A stretch of 64,000 nucleotides of DNA, taken from the NCBI GenBank assembly GCA_963714015.1, contig OY970223.1:1312001-1376000 (forward strand). The letters run 5' to 3'. Source of the stretch: Vulcanimicrobiota bacterium (GTDB lineage Bacteria; Vulcanimicrobiota; Vulcanimicrobiia; Vulcanimicrobiales; Vulcanimicrobiaceae). Every line of letters starts with the position of its first letter. The stretch's first letter is position 1. Shown here piece after piece: positions 59,105 through 64,000 of this stretch. Position numbers and translations under genes: made by a program. Under the pieces are notes generated by a model. That model had not been told where the DNA came from and did no database searches. It saw only the letters and a program-made list of their open reading frames with translations.

Positions 59105-60538
59105 CCACAGCTTGACCGCAACAGCATCGTTCCGCTGTATCGTCAGATCTACGAGTCTCTGCGGGAGTCCATCCTGGCGGGGACGCTCCCTGAGTCGACG
59201 CGCCTCCCGCCCGAACGGAGCTTGGCGGGCCGGCTGAACGTCAATCGCAGCACTGTGGTGCACGCATACCGCGAACTGGTCGCGGACGGTCTGATCGAGC
59301 AGAAAGTCGGATCGGGATCGCGGGTAGTCCCGCAGCTTCGAGCGGGCCAGCCGGAACGTTCCGCAGCGGTGCCCTGGTGGGTGACGCTCCCACCGTGGCG
59401 CGTAGGTGAATTTCCGACGATCCTGGGCGAGCTTGCCGCCAAGCAAGAAGCGGGCCGGATAAGTTTCGTCCAAGGCGTTGCTCCGGACGAGCCTTCGCCC
59501 CTCGGGGAGCTGGCAAAGTCGTTCGCGCGCGTAGCATGCGACCCCCGATTCATTCTCTCGTACGGCGATTCCGAGGGTTACGAGCCGCTGCGTGAGGCCA
59601 TTGCCCGCCGCATGGATTTGCGCGGCGCGCAAACGCGCTCGAAAGACGTGATCGTGCTGACCGGATCGACGCAGGGGATCATGGTCGTCTCGCAGTCCCT
59701 CGCCGAGCCTGGAGACGAGATCATCGTCGAGACTCCCAGCTATCCTGGCGCACTGCAGATCTTTCAGATATGCGGCCTTCGGGCGATTCCGGTTCCCGTG
59801 GACGAGGACGGCATGCGCGTCGATCACGTCGAGGCGATCCTGCGCACGCGCAGACCGCGCTTCATCTACACGATGCCCTCGCTGCATAATCCGACGAACG
59901 TCACGATGAACGGGGACCGCCGCGAGCGTTTGGTGACTATTGCGCGGCGCGCCGGCATTCCGATCATCGAAGACGATCCGTACGGCGAACTCGCTCAAAG
60001 CGGCCTTGCGCCGCTCGTCGGGCTGGCACCCGATTACGTCGTTTATTTGAGCACCTTCAGCAAAACGATCGCGCCGTCGCTGCGGGTAGGATGGCTCGCG
60101 GCGCCGCGTACGATTTTGGAACGGCTGTTGCTTCGCAAGCAAGCCCTCGACATGGCGACGAGTTTGTACGTTCAAGCCGCGATCGCCGACTATCTCGAAA
60201 GCGGCTACGATCCGCATGTCGCGCAGTTGCGCGAAGAATTGATCGTCCGGCGAAAAATGGCGGACGCCGCAATTGCCGAACACTGGCCGGCAACGATGCG
60301 CACGAGCAAAGCCGGCGGCGGATTCTATCTGTGGGTTACGACGCCGCGCGAGATCCGCGCGCGTCCGCTGCTCGACCAATCCGAACGTTTGGGCGCCTCC
60401 TTTCTTTTTGGTGAGCCGTTCTTCGCAAGCTCGGGAGGCGACCACAACTTCCGGCTTGCGCTCACGCCCGTTACGCGCGCCGAGATTCCGGAAGGGATCC
60501 GCCGCATCGGCAACGCCATGGCGTCGATTCGTTCGTGA
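59084..60538 (+). CDS. MocR/GabR-family regulator (GntR HTH plus PLP aminotransferase domain)
   Basis: PLYRQI, LPPER.LA..L.VNRSTV..AY..L; HNPT, EDDPY, TFSK..APSLRVGW. Confidence 0.95.
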   Translation: MSKIGWLPQLDRNSIVPLYRQIYESLRESILAGTLPESTRLPPERSLAGRLNVNRSTVVHAYRELVADGLIEQKVGSGSRVVPQLRAGQPERSAAVPWWVTLPPWRVGEFPTILGELAAKQEAGRISFVQGVAPDEPSPLGELAKSFARVACDPRFILSYGDSEGYEPLREAIARRMDLRGAQTRSKDVIVLTGSTQGIMVVSQSLAEPGDEIIVETPSYPGALQIFQICGLRAIPVPVDEDGMRVDHVEAILRTRRPRFIYTMPSLHNPTNVTMNGDRRERLVTIARRAGIPIIEDDPYGELAQSGLAPLVGLAPDYVVYLSTFSKTIAPSLRVGWLAAPRTILERLLLRKQALDMATSLYVQAAIADYLESGYDPHVAQLREELIVRRKMADAAIAEHWPATMRTSKAGGGFYLWVTTPREIRARPLLDQSERLGASFLFGEPFFASSGGDHNFRLALTPVTRAEIPEGIRRIGNAMASIRS

Positions 60539-61326
60539 GGCTGCCTCGTGCGCAAAGTGTCGCCGATGCAGATCGCGACGTGCGTCAGTATCTCATTCGC
60601 ATTGCGGGAACGCTCGGCGAACTGCTCGGTCAGGACTTGACCGGGTTATACGTGCACGGTTCGCTCGCCACGGGAGCCTTTCGGCGGGATCGGAGCAACC
60701 TCGATCTCATCCTCGTCGTCCGCAGCACGCTTCCGGAAAGAGTGCGTACCGAAGTGGCGCGGCTCCTCGCTTCGCTTTCCGAGTCGAGGCCCACGCGCGA
60801 AGACATCAACGTTGACGTCGTGACCGAGCAGCATGCGCGTCAATTCGAACATCCCATGCCTTGCGAAGTACGCTACGGGCGAGGAGTGTGGTCGGCGCTG
60901 CCGGCAAGGATCGTGGACGCGCGCGAGCGCGGCGTGACACTGGTTGGTCCAAGCGCCGCCCAAGTATTTTCGCCCGTGCCGTGGTACGCTTACGTGAACG
61001 CATTGGAATCGGAACTGCAGCGCTCCTGCCGCGGTGCAAGAGCGCATCCGGAACGCGTGGTGCTCGCCGCGTGCCGCGTTTTGTACGGCATCAGCAGCCT
61101 ACGGATGCACGCCGCCAACAAAGAAGAGGCGGCGACGTGGGCGATGGATCGCGTCCCGAGCGAATACCGCAGCGCGATCAATGACGCACTGCAAATCTAT
61201 CGCGGAGCCAAAAGCATCGAAGACGTGGTGTTCGCGGAGCCCGAAGTCGCCGAATTTTGCCGGTACGTCCGAAAACAGGCCGAAGCGGCGTTTCGGCGCG
61301 CATCCGACACGGACGATGCGGAATGA
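60535..61326 (+). CDS. AadA/DUF4111-like nucleotidyltransferase domain protein
   Basis: GLYVHGSLA.G.F...SNLDL, RERGV.L.GP, VL.ACR.L, KEEAA.WA. Confidence 0.75.
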   Translation: MRLPRAQSVADADRDVRQYLIRIAGTLGELLGQDLTGLYVHGSLATGAFRRDRSNLDLILVVRSTLPERVRTEVARLLASLSESRPTREDINVDVVTEQHARQFEHPMPCEVRYGRGVWSALPARIVDARERGVTLVGPSAAQVFSPVPWYAYVNALESELQRSCRGARAHPERVVLAACRVLYGISSLRMHAANKEEAATWAMDRVPSEYRSAINDALQIYRGAKSIEDVVFAEPEVAEFCRYVRKQAEAAFRRASDTDDAE

Positions 61327-62234
61327 ATTCCCTGCAGACCGCGCTCCTCGAATGGTACGCGCGCTGCGGCCGCGAGCAGCTGCCGTGGCGGCGCACGCGA
61401 GATCCCTACGCAATTCTAGTGAGCGAGTTGATGCTGCAGCAGACGCAAGTCGACCGTGCGCTGCAACGCTACGCCGACTTTTTGCGACGGTATCCGACGT
61501 TTCAAGACTTGGCGGCGGCGTCTACAGCCGACGTGTTGCGTTCGTGGAGAGGTCTGGGTTACAACTCGCGAGCCGTTAGGCTGCGCCGCATAGCATGCGA
61601 GGTCGTCGAGCGCTTCGGGGGCGTCATGCCGCGGGACGTTCAGACGCTGCGCTCGTTACCCGGGATAGGGCCATATACTGTTGCGGCCCTGCGCGCGTTT
61701 GCCTTTGACTGCGACGACGCGGCGGTCGACACGAACGTTCGCAGAGTCGTGCACCGGGCGAAATACGGTCTGGAATACCCGCCCGCGGCTTCGGCTGCAG
61801 AGGCTCGACCGTGCCGCGATGGAGCTCGTCCCGCCGGGACGAGGACACGATTGGAATTCGGCAGTCATGGACTTGGGTGCGAGCTGATCTGTACCGCGCG
61901 GGCGCCGAAGTGTCCGTCGTGCCCCTTGCAGCCGCATTGCGCGGCCGCACCGATTGACCCCGCTGTGTTGGAACGCGCACGGGCCGCACATTCGCGGCCC
62001 TCACCGCAAGAGCGCATTCCCTTCGCGAAGTCCACGCGCTTTGCCCGGGGACGAATCGTCGACCGGTTGCGCGACCTCGCCGCGGGAGAACGTATTTCAT
62101 TCCTCGATCTTCACCGCGAGGTTTGCGAGCCTGCGGGCCGTACCCGCGCAGAAGTGGAGGCCATCGTTCGAGCGCTCGCATCGGACGGATTGGTCGATGT
62201 TCGCGACGGGACGCTGGCGCTGCGCGATCAGTAG
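61323..62234 (+). CDS. mutY: A/G-specific adenine glycosylase, short form (two compensating frameshifts near 61800 and 61882)
   Basis: LPWR, SELMLQQTQV, W.GLGY, LPGIGPYT, VDTNV, MDLGA (alternate frame), C.AR.PKC..CP....C. Confidence 0.9.
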   Translation: MNSLQTALLEWYARCGREQLPWRRTRDPYAILVSELMLQQTQVDRALQRYADFLRRYPTFQDLAAASTADVLRSWRGLGYNSRAVRLRRIACEVVERFGGVMPRDVQTLRSLPGIGPYTVAALRAFAFDCDDAAVDTNVRRVVHRAKYGLEYPPAASAAEARPCRDGARPAGTRTRLEFGSHGLGCELICTARAPKCPSCPLQPHCAAAPIDPAVLERARAAHSRPSPQERIPFAKSTRFARGRIVDRLRDLAAGERISFLDLHREVCEPAGRTRAEVEAIVRALASDGLVDVRDGTLALRDQ

Positions 62235-62251
62235 CCGCGGGAGGAAGAAGC

Positions 62252-63001
62252 TTGCCGAAGATACCGTTCCCGCTGCGTAAGGTCGGCCGTTCGGTCGCAG
62301 AGCAAGAGCTTGCGATACTCGAGCGATCCTACCCGCATGCCGAAACGGCGCTGCGCTATACCAATCCGTTCGAACTCATCGTGGCCGTCATTCTCTCGGC
62401 CCAGTGCACCGACGCTCGCGTGAATATGACTACGCCGGTTCTGTTCAAGAAGTATCCGACGCCGCAGAAGCTCGCCGTCGCCAAGCAATCCGACGTCGAG
62501 CAGATCGTCAAGTCGTGCGGTTTTTTTCGAATGAAAGCGGCAAACATCATCAAGTGCGCGCAGGCTTTGGTCGAGCAGCACGGCGGCGAGGTCCCGAAGG
62601 AACGCGAGCAACTGGAGGCGCTCGCCGGCGTGGGGCGCAAAACGGCCAGCGTGGTGATGTCCGTAGCGTTCGGCGAAGCCGCAATCGCGGTCGACACGCA
62701 CGTGTTTCGCGTTTCTCATCGTATGGGACTCACGCTCGGAAAGACGCCGCTCGACGTGGAGAACGATCTGAAAGCGCTGGTTCCGCGGATTAAATGGCGT
62801 CACGCTCACCACTGGCTTATCTTGCACGGCCGCGCCATCTGCAAGGCACCGACGCCGCTATGCGGCGCATGTCCGGTGAAACAACTCTGTCCGACGCCCA
62901 AAATTCTCGCTAAAACGTTAGGGGTCCGGACCCTTCCAGATGCGGCGGGCGCGGAAGCTCGGCGTCCTGCGAGATCGCCTTCAGCAAGGAAGAAGGCGTA
63001 A
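62252..63001 (+). CDS. nth: Endonuclease III
   Basis: LSAQCTD, GVGRKTA, VDTHV.R, HGR..C.A..P.C..C.....C. Confidence 0.96.
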   Translation: MPKIPFPLRKVGRSVAEQELAILERSYPHAETALRYTNPFELIVAVILSAQCTDARVNMTTPVLFKKYPTPQKLAVAKQSDVEQIVKSCGFFRMKAANIIKCAQALVEQHGGEVPKEREQLEALAGVGRKTASVVMSVAFGEAAIAVDTHVFRVSHRMGLTLGKTPLDVENDLKALVPRIKWRHAHHWLILHGRAICKAPTPLCGACPVKQLCPTPKILAKTLGVRTLPDAAGAEARRPARSPSARKKA

Positions 63002-63425
63002 GCGCTTCTCCGTAACCCGTTTCGGTCGATACTTTGGAAAGGTTTACCAAAGACGGCACGCGCGCGTCGGGTTCGAACTGCCACTCACCGTCCAACTCGA
63101 GTCCGCTTATGCGAACGAGCTGGTGGACTTCGTCGAGATCCAGACTCACGCGCCGCCGGTCCATGCGCAGCCGCAGGCGCGGCGGTTTGTCCAGACGGAT
63201 GAATTTGACACCATTGCGCTCTCCCAAGATCGAGTTCAAACGCTTGGAGCCCGCTCGCAGAAGATCGCCGAAGGCAGCAAAAGCGGACTCGGCGTCCTCG
63301 TAAAGCGCTCCCTCAGCCGCCTCGCGATCGATGACGCGATCGAGCTCGCGGCGCGTGCGTATGCGGGTTGCAGCGGCGACGATCGGGTTTTGTGCGGTGA
63401 ATTCTTCGTCGAACGGGTCCGGCAT
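62910..63425 (-). CDS. Hypothetical protein
   Basis: 171-aa ORF with globular-protein composition; ATG at 63425. Confidence 0.55.
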   Translation of the reverse strand: MPDPFDEEFTAQNPIVAAATRIRTRRELDRVIDREAAEGALYEDAESAFAAFGDLLRAGSKRLNSILGERNGVKFIRLDKPPRLRLRMDRRRVSLDLDEVHQLVRISGLELDGEWQFEPDARVPSLVNLSKVSTETGYGEALTPSSLLKAISQDAELPRPPHLEGSGPLTF

Positions 63426-63466
63426 GCCACAAGTATTCGAGGATTGCTTCGGTGAACTCCGCCCGC

Positions 63467-64000
63467 ATGGCGAAACGCGCTCGAGCGCTGACCATGCTGC
63501 TGGCGGCGACGCTCTGCGCAAGCGCATTACCTGCGCCTGCCGCGGGCGAACTGACGCTCGATGCAGTCTTCGCCGCCGTTCCGCCATGGGGAGTGCAACC
63601 GGACGGCATCGTTTGGTCGCCTGACGGGCGCTCGTTTCTTTACGTGCTGTCGACGCAGGATCCGTTCGCCGTACTGCCGCTGCGGCAATACGACGTAGCC
63701 AGCGGAAACAGTCGCATCATCGTCGATCCCGCGCAGTACGGCAAAGACGCAAAGACCCCCGCGGGCGTGCAATGGTCGCCCGACGGCAAATTGATCGCGT
63801 TTGTCGAAGCGGGGACCCTCTACGTACGCGACCTGTCCACAAATCTGGATCGCCCGATCGACAAAGACGTGGACGATCCGCAGTGGTCGCCGAGTTCCGG
63901 AGCTATCGCTTACGTCAAGAACGCCGATCTGTACGTTGCTCGTTTGGATCCCAAGCTCGCGATTCGCCGCCTTACCACGGGCGGCGTAGAGAATGAAGTT
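63467..64000 (+). CDS. S9/DPP-IV-like peptidase N-terminal beta-propeller, truncated by window end
   Basis: Signal peptide; repeated WSPDG/WSP blades; RRLTTGG; frame open to window end. Confidence 0.75.
   Translation, partial: MAKRARALTMLLAATLCASALPAPAAGELTLDAVFAAVPPWGVQPDGIVWSPDGRSFLYVLSTQDPFAVLPLRQYDVASGNSRIIVDPAQYGKDAKTPAGVQWSPDGKLIAFVEAGTLYVRDLSTNLDRPIDKDVDDPQWSPSSGAIAYVKNADLYVARLDPKLAIRRLTTGGVENEV

Noticed and set aside
2021..62234. About 16 frameshifts (gcvH, gcvPA x2, LuxR x2, both lipoproteins, pilin, dinB, MBL-cupin, sugar porter, GH-D, Hdc start, lpdA, mutY x2) read as pseudogenes or programmed frameshifting
   Set aside because: They hit conserved housekeeping genes at scattered positions, with no in-frame stops or shared slippery motif; best explained as sequencing indels. 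Raw reads are needed to confirm.

Overview
GC-rich, densely coding bacterial chromosome segment, mostly core metabolism. I found no rRNA, tRNA, CRISPR array, prophage or transposase. Contents in order: SDR, PaaI and glycine cleavage genes (gcvT-H-PA-PB); a TPR/LuxR regulator flanked by two small lipoprotein genes and a pilin-like gene; NUDIX-scpA-scpB-nfo-dinB; a split UvrD-like helicase plus RecB-type nuclease pair; ubiX; ispE-NTP transferase-galM; a large (alpha/alpha)6 glycosidase; pdxST; an HNH nuclease; a chitin/amino-sugar locus (sugar porter, GH18, CutC, SIS deaminase); bioAFDB; decarboxylase-R3H ATPase-clan-D glycosidase-kinase-tmk-holB; mtnP; ychF; gdhA-Hdc-like-ACT; an RND transporter, putative outer-membrane protein and SGNH lipoprotein; lpdA-lipB-lipA; MocR-nucleotidyltransferase-mutY-nth; and an S9 peptidase start. 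About 16 apparent single-base frameshifts in conserved genes suggest uncorrected long-read errors. Gene content suggests a diderm Terrabacteria-group organism, possibly Ca. Eremiobacterota (inference only). The most interesting signals are non-coding: (1) a duplicated 31-nt hairpin plus U-tract in the leaders of both arms of the chitin locus; (2) a ~200-nt multibranched palindrome between lpdA and lipB; (3) a shared 31-bp motif upstream of both lipoprotein genes flanking the TPR-LuxR regulator; (4) nested inverted repeats at the MocR start that resemble a site in the pdxST promoter.
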